From: Methanomassiliicoccaceae archaeon UBA472
GTDB taxonomy: Archaea > Thermoplasmatota > Thermoplasmata > Methanomassiliicoccales > UBA472
Direction of reading: 5' to 3'
Length of the DNA: 64,000 bases
Assembly: GCA_002497075.1 (NCBI GenBank)
Contig: DAML01000015.1
Coordinates: forward strand, 110,224 to 174,223
Below the pieces are notes generated by a model, which worked only from the letters and a program-made list of their open reading frames with translations, ran no database searches and had not been told where the DNA came from. A program made the position numbers and the translations under genes. Of the stretch, positions 9,861 through 20,555 are shown in pieces (position 1 is the first letter of the stretch; each line of letters opens with the position of its first letter).

Positions 9861-10325
9861 AGTTATTCCCTTCTGCCCCTGATAGTTACCGGAACGCTTG
9901 GCGTACGTTCTTTCCACGGGAGAACGCATGTGCTCCAGGACCATCTGCACCATGCGGCTGCCGATAGGCAGTTCCACTGGCACGGACGACGCGTTGAATC
10001 CGCTGAACGTCAGCGTGCCGTGGAAGCCGGCGTCTATCTTCCCCAGCCCCATCAGCAATCCCTTCCTGAGCCAAGATGTCCTGGTCCATAATTGCGCCGC
10101 CAGATCGTCCGGAAGCTCCACCCTTTCCACGGTGGATATGAAGAACAGCTTCCCTGGAGGAATGATGAACGTTCCCGAGGTAACGCTCTCCCCGCCCTCC
10201 AGGCGCGCCTCGGCCACCCGCAGGTCGTAGCCGTTCGGCGTCAGCCCCTCTAAATTGAAATCGGTTATCACCAGCGAGCCGTCCTTCATTCGCGATTCGA
10301 TCTCGTGGTCGGGGACCAGGCACAT
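9837..10325 (-). CDS. dCTP deaminase/dUTPase family protein (short, archaeal dUTPase-like)
   Basis: 162 aa. It contains NGYDLRV and GKIDAGFHGTLTF, motifs of the trimeric dCTP deaminase/dUTPase fold. Whether it is a deaminase or a dUTPase cannot be decided by eye. Confidence 0.75.
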   Translation of the reverse strand: MCLVPDHEIESRMKDGSLVITDFNLEGLTPNGYDLRVAEARLEGGESVTSGTFIIPPGKLFFISTVERVELPDDLAAQLWTRTSWLRKGLLMGLGKIDAGFHGTLTFSGFNASSVPVELPIGSRMVQMVLEHMRSPVERTYAKRSGNYQGQKGITLKPADQK

Positions 10326-10408
10326 GCTCTCCCCTATCGCCTCGCAACAGTTAGAATTTGCGATAACCTGAAGAAATTATTAACAATAGTACCATCATCA
10401 CGCGTTCA

Positions 10409-11911
10409 GTGGCAGGTTCCAACGGTCTCAGGAAAGGTGATATTGACTCCTCTTCCAGGCCCGCCCTCGTCATGCCGCCGGGGGAGAAGGCCGCCCTTTT
10501 CTATCACCGCCTGGACGATGTCTTCGGCGTGGTCACGGACCTTCTGAAGGACAGTATCCGGCAGGGGGAGATGTGCGCTTTCATGTTCCGTTCGCCCCTG
10601 GCGACCTTGAAGGAGCAGCTCAGGGACAGGGGATTGGACCTTGACGAACAACCCTCCATCGTACTGGTGCCCATCCACAAAGCGCCGTTGGACAGATACT
10701 CCCGCTCCAGCATCGGCGAGCAGATGCGGACCTTCGTGCAGCAGGCCAAGGGGTTGGGATATACCAGTGCCAGGCTGATTTTGAACGTTCCGGAGGAACT
10801 GTCCGCGCAGGTGCCGTCAGAGAGCGCGTGGTTAGAACTGGACAAGGTACGCGAAGAGTTAGGCATGACCGTGGTTTGCCTGTACGACATGACCGCGCTG
10901 TCGCCGGGTTTCCTCCTCAGATCCCTGTCCTCCTATCCCAATGTGATCATCGACGGCGCGCTGTGCCGCAACTTCTACTACGTGCCAAACATGGCCCTCC
11001 CGCAGAGGGACGCCTACAGCGATCTCTACGAGCAATTGGAGAACATCAGGGAGGAGCGGGACATCCGGCAGAAAGAGGGTCGGGAGCGCTCCAAACTGAT
11101 GGATATGAACCGCGAGCTGCAGGAGGAGATGGTGCAGCGGCGAATGGTGGAGTTCGCGCTGCTGCGAGCGGAGAACAACCTTCGGACGATGCTGAACGCC
11201 ATGTCCGACATGGTGTTCATGGTCGACCGCGACCTGCGGGTGACCAACGGGAACGAGACCTTCATCAGGTATCTGGAGACGAGGGGGTTCGACACCTCCT
11301 ACGAGGGAAGGTTCGTCTACGACATGTTCCCCGAAGCGCCCCTGGAAGGCAAAAAACTGTTCGAGGAGGTCTTCCATTACGGCTATCCCACGATGATCGA
11401 GGAGTCCTATCACATGGATGGGGAGCTCCGGGATGCGGAGGTCCGCCTGGTGCCGGTGAAGGTGGGTATCCAGGTCGACCGGGTCGTGGTCATCGTCCAT
11501 CCTAAGGCTGCCACCGCCCAGGATATGGAAGAAATGTGGGAGAAGGCCAAGGTGCTTAAGGAGGAGTACGCGGACCCCACGGGACCGGCGGCCGGGGCCA
11601 TGGAGTTCTGCCCGCACCCAGTGCTGGTCACCGATCGGGAGGGGAAACTGTACCGCGTGAATTCGGCCCTTGGCCGTGAGCTGGGATGCTCCGCGGAGGA
11701 GGTCTTGGCCATGGGCAGCGCCTACCGGTTCCTGGGGCCACAGAAGGACGAGAATGGTCAGGTCCGGCGGATCGACGCTAATGGCCAGATATCCATCCCC
11801 AGCATCCTCACCCGCAAGGACGGCTCCACGCACAAGGTGATATGCTACGTCGTTTACGCCAGTGAGGGAGCCGAACCTCGAACGATGACGGTCATACATT
11901 GCGGACGTTGA
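10409..11911 (+). CDS. Sensor protein: MEDS-like N-terminal domain, coiled coil and two PAS-like domains, with no recognisable output domain
   Basis: 500 aa. The N-terminal ~190 aa resemble a MEDS domain (ALFYHRLDDVFGVVTDLLKDSIRQGEMCAFMF ... VVCLYDM). A charged coiled coil follows (ENIREERDIRQKEGRERSKLMDMNRELQEE). Then come PAS-like blocks (LRTMLNAMSDMVFMVDRDLRVTNGNETF; PVLVTDREGKLYRVNSA). The start is uncertain: GTG at 10409 or ATG at 10475. Confidence 0.6.
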   Translation: MAGSNGLRKGDIDSSSRPALVMPPGEKAALFYHRLDDVFGVVTDLLKDSIRQGEMCAFMFRSPLATLKEQLRDRGLDLDEQPSIVLVPIHKAPLDRYSRSSIGEQMRTFVQQAKGLGYTSARLILNVPEELSAQVPSESAWLELDKVREELGMTVVCLYDMTALSPGFLLRSLSSYPNVIIDGALCRNFYYVPNMALPQRDAYSDLYEQLENIREERDIRQKEGRERSKLMDMNRELQEEMVQRRMVEFALLRAENNLRTMLNAMSDMVFMVDRDLRVTNGNETFIRYLETRGFDTSYEGRFVYDMFPEAPLEGKKLFEEVFHYGYPTMIEESYHMDGELRDAEVRLVPVKVGIQVDRVVVIVHPKAATAQDMEEMWEKAKVLKEEYADPTGPAAGAMEFCPHPVLVTDREGKLYRVNSALGRELGCSAEEVLAMGSAYRFLGPQKDENGQVRRIDANGQISIPSILTRKDGSTHKVICYVVYASEGAEPRTMTVIHCGR

Positions 11912-11959
11912 GTCGAATGGCAAATCTGTTTTATCCTTTGGTCGCCATCATGGTCCAAG

Positions 11960-12409
11960 ATGGACCACATCGTCTACCTGGACAAGCCCGCCGGCGCTTT
12001 GGAAGCGATGCGCCATGGCAAGAAGACCATGGTCGGCCGCGCCTTCAACGGCCGCCGCTCGCCCTACGGTAAGGTAAGGCCAGGCGATATGCTGTATTTC
12101 ACGGAGAACGACGGCAAGCAGATCATCTACGGCCGGGGGAAAGTGACCGTGGCATACGACTCGCCCAAGCTAACCCACGATGACAGCGTGGCCATGCTGG
12201 AAAAGCACCGCCGCGCGCTCTGGCTGTCCGAAGCGCAGTTCCTGAGGATGGCCGGAAAACGGTACCTGGTGCTGGTGACCGTGGACGGATTCCAGGAGGT
12301 CCCCCATTTCCGCTTCAGCCGCCGAGACTTCCACACCCTGGACGACTGGATATTGGTCGACGACGTCGAAAAGGCGCGCGATGCTGATCCCGAATGGGAC
12401 ACGAAGTAA
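11960..12409 (+). CDS. Small cytoplasmic protein, possibly ASCH/PUA-like
   Basis: 149-aa ORF with normal composition. The ASCH-like pattern (GKKTMVGR ... RPGDMLYF) is weak and judged by eye only. Confidence 0.4.
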   Translation: MDHIVYLDKPAGALEAMRHGKKTMVGRAFNGRRSPYGKVRPGDMLYFTENDGKQIIYGRGKVTVAYDSPKLTHDDSVAMLEKHRRALWLSEAQFLRMAGKRYLVLVTVDGFQEVPHFRFSRRDFHTLDDWILVDDVEKARDADPEWDTK

Positions 12410-12431
12410 GTTCCGGTGGAGAGAATGGACC

Positions 12432-12818
12432 ATGGACACATTGGCCGCCCTCAGCGTGTTCCTCGGCGCCTTCGCCGCTCTTCTCCTTCTCACCATGAGG
12501 ATTTTCCCGAGGAGGTGGGCCAGGATGTTCGCCGACGCCGGACGGGAACGGGGTCGTCCGCTCTGGGCCTGGGCGGCGATCGCCCTTTCGATCGCCGGTA
12601 TCGTTCTGTTCTGGTACCTGCATTTCCTCGGTAGCGTAGGCCTCTCGCTGGCCATGGCCGTGCTGGGCACGTTCCTTTTAGGGCGCACCGTTCAAGCGCT
12701 GATCGCCAAGAACGGTCTGCGCGACAACGCCCAGGTGATGATGCGGGGGAAGATCGGAGCAGCTTTCCTCCCTTATACCGTCGCCAGCATCGCCCTGGTC
12801 GTGCTCGGGCTGCTCTAG
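12432..12818 (+). CDS. Small integral membrane protein (about 4 TM), function unknown
   Basis: From ATG 12432 (MDTLAALSVFLGAFAALLLL...) there are four hydrophobic helices. The ORF-track start at 12381 would overlap the upstream gene. Confidence 0.5.
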   Translation: MDTLAALSVFLGAFAALLLLTMRIFPRRWARMFADAGRERGRPLWAWAAIALSIAGIVLFWYLHFLGSVGLSLAMAVLGTFLLGRTVQALIAKNGLRDNAQVMMRGKIGAAFLPYTVASIALVVLGLL

Positions 12819-13609
12819 AACATGTCCAGGGAACCGCGCTTCAGGGCCTGTTTTTCAAAGAAGTTGAACAGGGCGTAGGCCATCACGAAGAACAGGACGC
12901 CCAATGCTAGCATCAGCGTCACCAGGAACGACACGTCGGCCAGTCCGGCCCCGGCCGCCACGTCCCGGACGGCCTGAACCCCGTAGGTGAGCGGGAATAC
13001 GTACGAGGCGGGCTGCAGCCATCCCGGCAGATAAGATATCGGGAAGTTGACGCCGCAGAGGAGCAGCCCCAGGTAGAGCACCATCGATCCGAGTATCATG
13101 GACGAGCGCAGGTATACGCCGACGCTGCCGATGACCATTCCAAAACCGACCATGGCGAAGCAGGTGGCTAAAAGCACCGCAGCCAGGGCGATGAAGTTCG
13201 CCCCGGATAGGTCGACGCCGAAGAAGAGCGAGGAGAACGCCAGCGACACCGTGACGGTGAACAGGCCGATGATCGACTGGTATGCCCCTTTTCCCAGGAA
13301 CACGTAGAACATGCGCGTCGGCGTGGACATGATAGTGGCCATGGTCCCGATGTGCTTCTCGGCCCCGGCGGACATGGTGACGCCGTAAACAGCGGAATAG
13401 GTCAGCGCCGAAACGGCGTTTCCCAATGCCACGTAAGCGGGGGTCGCTCCCGGGTCCCCGGCGAAATCGCTGACCAGCACGAAGAACCACATCTGGAAGA
13501 GCGCCGTGGAAAGTATCTGGATCAGCCACAGCCCCGGACCGACGATCGCGAACTGAGAGCGCAGCGCCACCAGGGCCGATGCCTTTACCCCAAGCACATC
13601 CCTCAGCAT
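12815..13609 (-). CDS. ABC-2 type exporter permease
   Basis: 264 aa with 6 predicted TM helices and ABC-2 architecture. It is the last gene of an ATPase-permease-permease string. Confidence 0.8.
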   Translation of the reverse strand: MLRDVLGVKASALVALRSQFAIVGPGLWLIQILSTALFQMWFFVLVSDFAGDPGATPAYVALGNAVSALTYSAVYGVTMSAGAEKHIGTMATIMSTPTRMFYVFLGKGAYQSIIGLFTVTVSLAFSSLFFGVDLSGANFIALAAVLLATCFAMVGFGMVIGSVGVYLRSSMILGSMVLYLGLLLCGVNFPISYLPGWLQPASYVFPLTYGVQAVRDVAAGAGLADVSFLVTLMLALGVLFFVMAYALFNFFEKQALKRGSLDMF

Positions 13610-13610
13610 G

Positions 13611-14396
13611 TCAGTACCTCACCAGCGTTCCGTTCACCTTGGCTCTCCTTTCCAGGTGGGTGAATAGCCAGAGGGATAGCAGCAGGAAGGCCACGGTCGT
13701 AAGGACGGTCAAACCCAGGGCGCCGTAGTACCCGATGCCCAGCGAGTCGTAACCGGAGAGGGTGGCGATCTTGAGGGCCTCGGCGCCCCAGGTCGCCGGG
13801 ATGACGTATGATAGCGGTCGGGACCACTCCGGAAGTATGATCAGCGGGAACACCGCGCCCGACAGCACGTAGATCGGGAACTCCAGTATCTGGAAGAAGG
13901 CGGACGACGCCCGGGTCACCACGTAGAACGCCCCGAATACCATTCCCAGAACGGAGAGCGAAAGCAGCGTTACCGCCAGCGCGACCACGAAACCCACCGG
14001 GTTCTGCACGGTCACATCGATGCCGAAGGCGAACTGGGCGACAAGGAACACCGCCAGGGCGTTCAGCAACCCCAGGAAGGAGTTCCACAGGCAGCGGCCG
14101 AAGACGACGGACGATAGGGGCGCGGGAGTGACCATGATGGCCTCCAGCGTCCCGTTCATCCTGTCGTAACCGATGGACCAGCTGCTGCTGTGTATGGTGT
14201 TCCCCCACATCCCCAGGACGCCGCCGCCCAGGACGGCGTACAGCAGCAGGTCCCCGCCGGCGTGGCGAAAGAGGAAAAGGGTGACCGTTGTAAAGATGAA
14301 CGGGGCGATGATGCTGGGTATGATCCATTGCGGGTCGACGAAGAAATGTATCGATTGCTGCTTCAGGGCGGCCTTCATGGCCCGCAGGTCGATCAT
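13611..14396 (-). CDS. ABC-2 type exporter permease
   Basis: 261 aa with 6 TM helices. It is a paralogue of the downstream permease and has a 4-nt overlap with the ATPase gene. Confidence 0.8.
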   Translation of the reverse strand: MIDLRAMKAALKQQSIHFFVDPQWIIPSIIAPFIFTTVTLFLFRHAGGDLLLYAVLGGGVLGMWGNTIHSSSWSIGYDRMNGTLEAIMVTPAPLSSVVFGRCLWNSFLGLLNALAVFLVAQFAFGIDVTVQNPVGFVVALAVTLLSLSVLGMVFGAFYVVTRASSAFFQILEFPIYVLSGAVFPLIILPEWSRPLSYVIPATWGAEALKIATLSGYDSLGIGYYGALGLTVLTTVAFLLLSLWLFTHLERRAKVNGTLVRY

Positions 14397-15373
14397 TTCG
14401 CGTTCACCATCTTGATGTAGGCGTCCTCCAACGTAGGCTGGTCCACCCTTATGCTGATGACCTTGCGGTTCTCCAGCAACGCGGCCACGGTGGGGATCAG
14501 CGCCGGGGCGTCGTCCACGACGATACGGGCGAGCTGCCGGCCCTCCAGGAACTCCACGGACACCGCGGAGACGCCCGGCAGATCGGCCAGTTCCTTCTTC
14601 TGCGCCTCTCCCAGTTCCCGGGCCTCGATCTCGATTATCGAATCGTTGCGCACCGACTCCTTCATGGAGTACGGCGAACCCATCGCCCGTATCCTTCCGT
14701 CGGATATTATGGCCAGACGGTCGCAGAGCTCGTCCGCCTCGAACATGTAATGGGTGGTCAGCAGTATCGTCATTCCCTTCTCCGAGAGGCGCCTGATCAG
14801 CGCCCGGGTCTCCCGGGATATCTCCGGATCAAGTCCGAGCGTAGGCTCGTCCAGGAAAAGGACCTCCGGGTCGTTGACCAAACCGCGCGCTAAATGCAGA
14901 CGCTGCTTCATTCCCCGGGAGTATTCCTCCACCCGGATGTCGGCCGCTTCGGTTAGGCCGACCAGTTCCAGCAGGTCCCCGATCTTTTTCTTCTTGGCCT
15001 CCCGCGGCACCCTGTACATGTCCGAGAAAAATTCCAGGTTCTGTCGTCCGGTGAGGCGGAAGTAGAGGCCGCGCTCCCCGCCGGAGACCAGATTGATGCG
15101 CGGCCTCAGCTTTACAGACCCGCTCACCACGTCCAGGCCGAGCACGGTGGCGCTGCCTGAAGTGGGAATGAGCAGCGTGCTCAGCATCTTTATCGTGGTG
15201 GTCTTGCCGGCTCCGTTCGGACCTAGAAGGCCGAATATCTCGCCGCGGTGAACGTCGAATGACACGCGGTCCACGGCCAGCTTCTCCCTCCCGCCGTCGC
15301 CGAAGAGCCTGGCCGCTGCCGGGTAGACCTTGGTGAGGTCCTTCACCTCGATGACCGTCTCACCGCCGTTCAT
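14393..15373 (-). CDS. ABC transporter ATP-binding protein (DrrA/ABC-2 exporter type)
   Basis: 326 aa. It has Walker A GPNGAGKTT, signature YSRGMKQRL and Walker B VLFLDEPT. Confidence 0.9.
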   Translation of the reverse strand: MNGGETVIEVKDLTKVYPAAARLFGDGGREKLAVDRVSFDVHRGEIFGLLGPNGAGKTTTIKMLSTLLIPTSGSATVLGLDVVSGSVKLRPRINLVSGGERGLYFRLTGRQNLEFFSDMYRVPREAKKKKIGDLLELVGLTEAADIRVEEYSRGMKQRLHLARGLVNDPEVLFLDEPTLGLDPEISRETRALIRRLSEKGMTILLTTHYMFEADELCDRLAIISDGRIRAMGSPYSMKESVRNDSIIEIEARELGEAQKKELADLPGVSAVSVEFLEGRQLARIVVDDAPALIPTVAALLENRKVISIRVDQPTLEDAYIKMVNAK

Positions 15374-15516
15374 GACGTAGCGGCAACGCCCTGCCGATTA
15401 TAATGAGGTTACGCCGATGGTGATTCGGCATTCAGGTGAAACAAATTATAGGAATTACAGTTAATACTTACTTATTTTCCCATTAAAAGCGTCAAGTTGT
15501 CCAAGGAGCCTGAACG

Positions 15517-15699
15517 ATGACGGATAAAATGACACTCGATGAAGCCAAGACCGCATTCGTAGGACAACGGTATTCAAGAGAGATCGCTATCCTAATCGAG
15601 AGGAGCGGATTCGGGTTCGGTATTTCCGCTGCCAATGGCAGGATTGCCATGATCTATAAGCCAGTGTCCTTCAGGAGCAGATCGGACCCCAAAGAGTGA
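15517..15699 (+). CDS. Small protein, candidate antitoxin partner of the downstream PIN-like gene
   Basis: 60-aa ORF in an AT-richer islet. Its stop overlaps the start of the next ORF (GTGA at 15696-15699). Any AbrB-like fold resemblance is weak and by eye only. Confidence 0.35.
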   Translation: MTDKMTLDEAKTAFVGQRYSREIAILIERSGFGFGISAANGRIAMIYKPVSFRSRSDPKE

Positions 15700-15992
15700 G
15701 CTTTTTGGCTCTCCATACGATTTTTCTCGACACTTGCGTTCTAATCGATAGCGCCACTCCAAACAGCTATGGTGAGGGTAGGGCCAGACAGTTGAGGCAT
15801 CTGGTCAATGCTGGGCATACGTTCATGACATCCATAACAGATCGTACTCATTTCGCATACGCCCTTACTTCGGGATGCGATCATTATGTCACATCGCAGG
15901 GTGAGACCCGAACCTTGGCCGTGCCTTCCGACCTTAATGAATCGACCGTGGTAATTACCCTAAACGATCCGGCTTCAGAACTGAGGCTCTGA
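15696..15992 (+). CDS. Short PIN-like (VapC-like) domain protein
   Basis: 98 aa. The N-terminal IFLDTCVLID matches the first acidic PIN motif, and DRTHFAYALTSGCDHYVTS resembles the distal PIN helix and strand. It is shorter than canonical PIN domains and the last acidic residue is not obvious. Confidence 0.45.
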   Translation: MSFLALHTIFLDTCVLIDSATPNSYGEGRARQLRHLVNAGHTFMTSITDRTHFAYALTSGCDHYVTSQGETRTLAVPSDLNESTVVITLNDPASELRL

Positions 15993-16005
15993 AATTATCA
16001 TCATT

Positions 16006-18639
<2,634 letters not shown>

Positions 18640-18700
18640 GTCCTTAAAACATTGCAGGGGACGGGGGAAAGGATATTATGGCCTCACGGGCTTGACCCAA

Positions 18701-18717
18701 TTGGATGATTAATCCAA
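18701..18717 (+). promoter_or_regulatory. Palindromic candidate operator S1 (TTGGATGATTAATCCAA) upstream of or overlapping the cobQ start
   Basis: One of five copies of the TTGGATG-ATA-CATCCAA palindrome. A TATA-like GATATTAT lies at 18672-18679, about 20 bp upstream. Confidence 0.6.
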
Positions 18718-20555
18718 CCGAGGGGGTCAAGGACGACTCGGAGGAGAACTACGGCAAACATGCCAGCAATCTCCGCTCTCAGATGAGGAGAGGCATGATC
18801 GGCAGCAACACCGAATGCGCCCACTACCCATGCCATCATCAAGGACAGAACTGCACCTTCTGCTTCTGCCCCTTGTATCCCTGTCTGGATCCCGAGCTGG
18901 GTGAATACGTCACTTCCAGACGGACCGGCGGGCAGGTCTGGTCGTGCCAGAGCTGTCTCTGGATCCACCGGGACGACGTCACCGACTCGCTCTTCAAGAT
19001 GATGCCTGAGATCGGAGAAAATGGTCTGGACGAAAGGACCAGGTCGGACCTCAAGGCGAGGCTGGAAGGGAAGCATCGCACAAAGGCCAAGACCATAATG
19101 GTTCTCGGTGCCACGTCCGGAGCGGGTAAATCGCTCCTGGTGGCCGCTCTCTGCCGGGCCTTCCGCGATCGCGGTCTCAAGGTCGCCCCGTTCAAATCGC
19201 AGAACATGTCGCTGAACTCCATGGTCACCGGCGACGGGGAGGAGATCGCCCGCATCCAGGACCTGCAGGCGCGAGCGGCCGGAACGCGACCGCGGGGGGA
19301 ACTGAATCCTATTCTGTTGAAGCCAAAGGGCGGAGTGACGTCCCAGGTGATAGTTGAGGGGCGTCCATACAAGGACTGCACGGTGCAGGAATACTATTCG
19401 CAATTCGTTCCCGACGAGGCCCCGGTCATCATCGCCCGCAATCTGGAACGGTTGATGCGCACCAATGACGTGGTGGTGATCGAAGGCGCCGGCTCGCCCG
19501 CCGAGATAAACCTGCGCGGAAGAGACGTGGCCAATATGTACGTGGCGAAGCTGGCCAAGGCAGACTGCCTTCTGGCGGTGAACATCGACTGGGGCGGCGC
19601 TTTCGCTTACGCGGTCGGCACGCTCATGCTGCTGGATGAGGAGGAACGCAAGCTCTTCAAAGGCGTCCTGATCAACAACATGTGCCCCGGGGGCGGTTCT
19701 CTCGGTGAATCCCTGGACATGGTGAGGAGAATTACCGGAGTGCCGGTCCTGGCGGTGCTTCCTCACGTTCCCTCCCTGTACCTGCCGGTCGAGGATTCCA
19801 TGGACCTCGACCAGCGCGACGACGGTGACGGAACGACCGTGGTGGCGGTGGTCCGTTTGCCGATGATCTCTAATTTCACCGACTTTGACGCGTTGTCGTT
19901 GGAGGAAGGGGTCAAGGTCATTTACGCGAGAACGCCGGAGGAGCTGGGACCGGCGGACGCCATCATCGTTCCCGGGACGAAGAACACCGTGCAGGACCTG
20001 CTCTGGCTGAACGAGAGCGGCATGGCCTCGGCCATATCGGCCAAGGTTGGGACGGTTCCCGTTCTGGGCATATGCGGCGGCTACCAGATGCTCGGCCGGA
20101 AGATATTCGATGTTCACGGCCTGGAGGGCAGCGGTCCATCGGAGATCGAAGGACTGGGGCTGCTGGACGCCGTCACTCATTTCGATTCGTACGACAAGAG
20201 GACCGTGCAGGTCCTTGGATCACTGGCTGACGGCGGGGAGGTGCGCGGTTACGAGATACACATGGGCCGTACGGAACGCTTAGAGGAACCGCTGTTCCGT
20301 CTGCGGCCGGACGGGCGGGAGGAAGGCTCCTGGAGCCGTGAACGAAAGGTCCTGGGGACGTATTTGCACGGCGTGTTCGACCTGCCGGCGTTCCGCGGCT
20401 TCTTCCTTTCGATGATCGAGCATCGCGATGCGCCGAAGAACAACGGAACGGACCACGACGCCGAGATCGATTCCTCTCTAGATCGTCTAGCGGCGATGGT
20501 CGAGGAACATCTTGATCTCGACAGTCTGCTAAGGGGTGATGGCGACGTTCCGTAG
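18705..20555 (+). CDS. cobQ: Cobyric acid synthase (CobQ/CbiP) with an N-terminal Cys/His-rich small domain
   Basis: The N-terminal ~80 aa are CAHYPCHHQGQNCTFCFCPLYPC...WSCQSCLWIH. An ATP-binding domain (GATSGAGKS) and a GATase-1 domain (GICGGYQMLG, YEIHMG) follow. The start is ambiguous: ATG 18705 lies inside operator S1, and alternatives are ATG 18783 and 18795. Confidence 0.85.
   Translation: MINPTEGVKDDSEENYGKHASNLRSQMRRGMIGSNTECAHYPCHHQGQNCTFCFCPLYPCLDPELGEYVTSRRTGGQVWSCQSCLWIHRDDVTDSLFKMMPEIGENGLDERTRSDLKARLEGKHRTKAKTIMVLGATSGAGKSLLVAALCRAFRDRGLKVAPFKSQNMSLNSMVTGDGEEIARIQDLQARAAGTRPRGELNPILLKPKGGVTSQVIVEGRPYKDCTVQEYYSQFVPDEAPVIIARNLERLMRTNDVVVIEGAGSPAEINLRGRDVANMYVAKLAKADCLLAVNIDWGGAFAYAVGTLMLLDEEERKLFKGVLINNMCPGGGSLGESLDMVRRITGVPVLAVLPHVPSLYLPVEDSMDLDQRDDGDGTTVVAVVRLPMISNFTDFDALSLEEGVKVIYARTPEELGPADAIIVPGTKNTVQDLLWLNESGMASAISAKVGTVPVLGICGGYQMLGRKIFDVHGLEGSGPSEIEGLGLLDAVTHFDSYDKRTVQVLGSLADGGEVRGYEIHMGRTERLEEPLFRLRPDGREEGSWSRERKVLGTYLHGVFDLPAFRGFFLSMIEHRDAPKNNGTDHDAEIDSSLDRLAAMVEEHLDLDSLLRGDGDVP

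Noticed and set aside
10326-10408. Possible C/D-box sRNA (GUGAUGA on the minus strand) in the dcd / MEDS-PAS intergenic region
   Set aside because: No D box (CUGA) lies downstream on the same strand, and there are no terminal pairing or C'/D' boxes. The region is more simply a divergent promoter.
10859-11923. 354-aa minus-strand ORF antisense to the MEDS-PAS gene, plus other long overlapping ORFs in the track (for example 1025-1852, 4002-4835, 33272-34177, 34253-35275, 39462-40427, 52985-54037)
   Set aside because: All lie fully inside strongly supported genes on the other strand or frame. They have low-complexity Arg/Gly/Pro/His-rich translations and no recognisable domains.
18684-20180. 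498-aa minus-strand ORF antisense to cobQ
   Set aside because: Its Arg/Gly/His/Val-rich composition has no motifs and is typical of a shadow frame in GC-rich DNA. The plus-strand frame carries unmistakable CobQ P-loop and GATase motifs.
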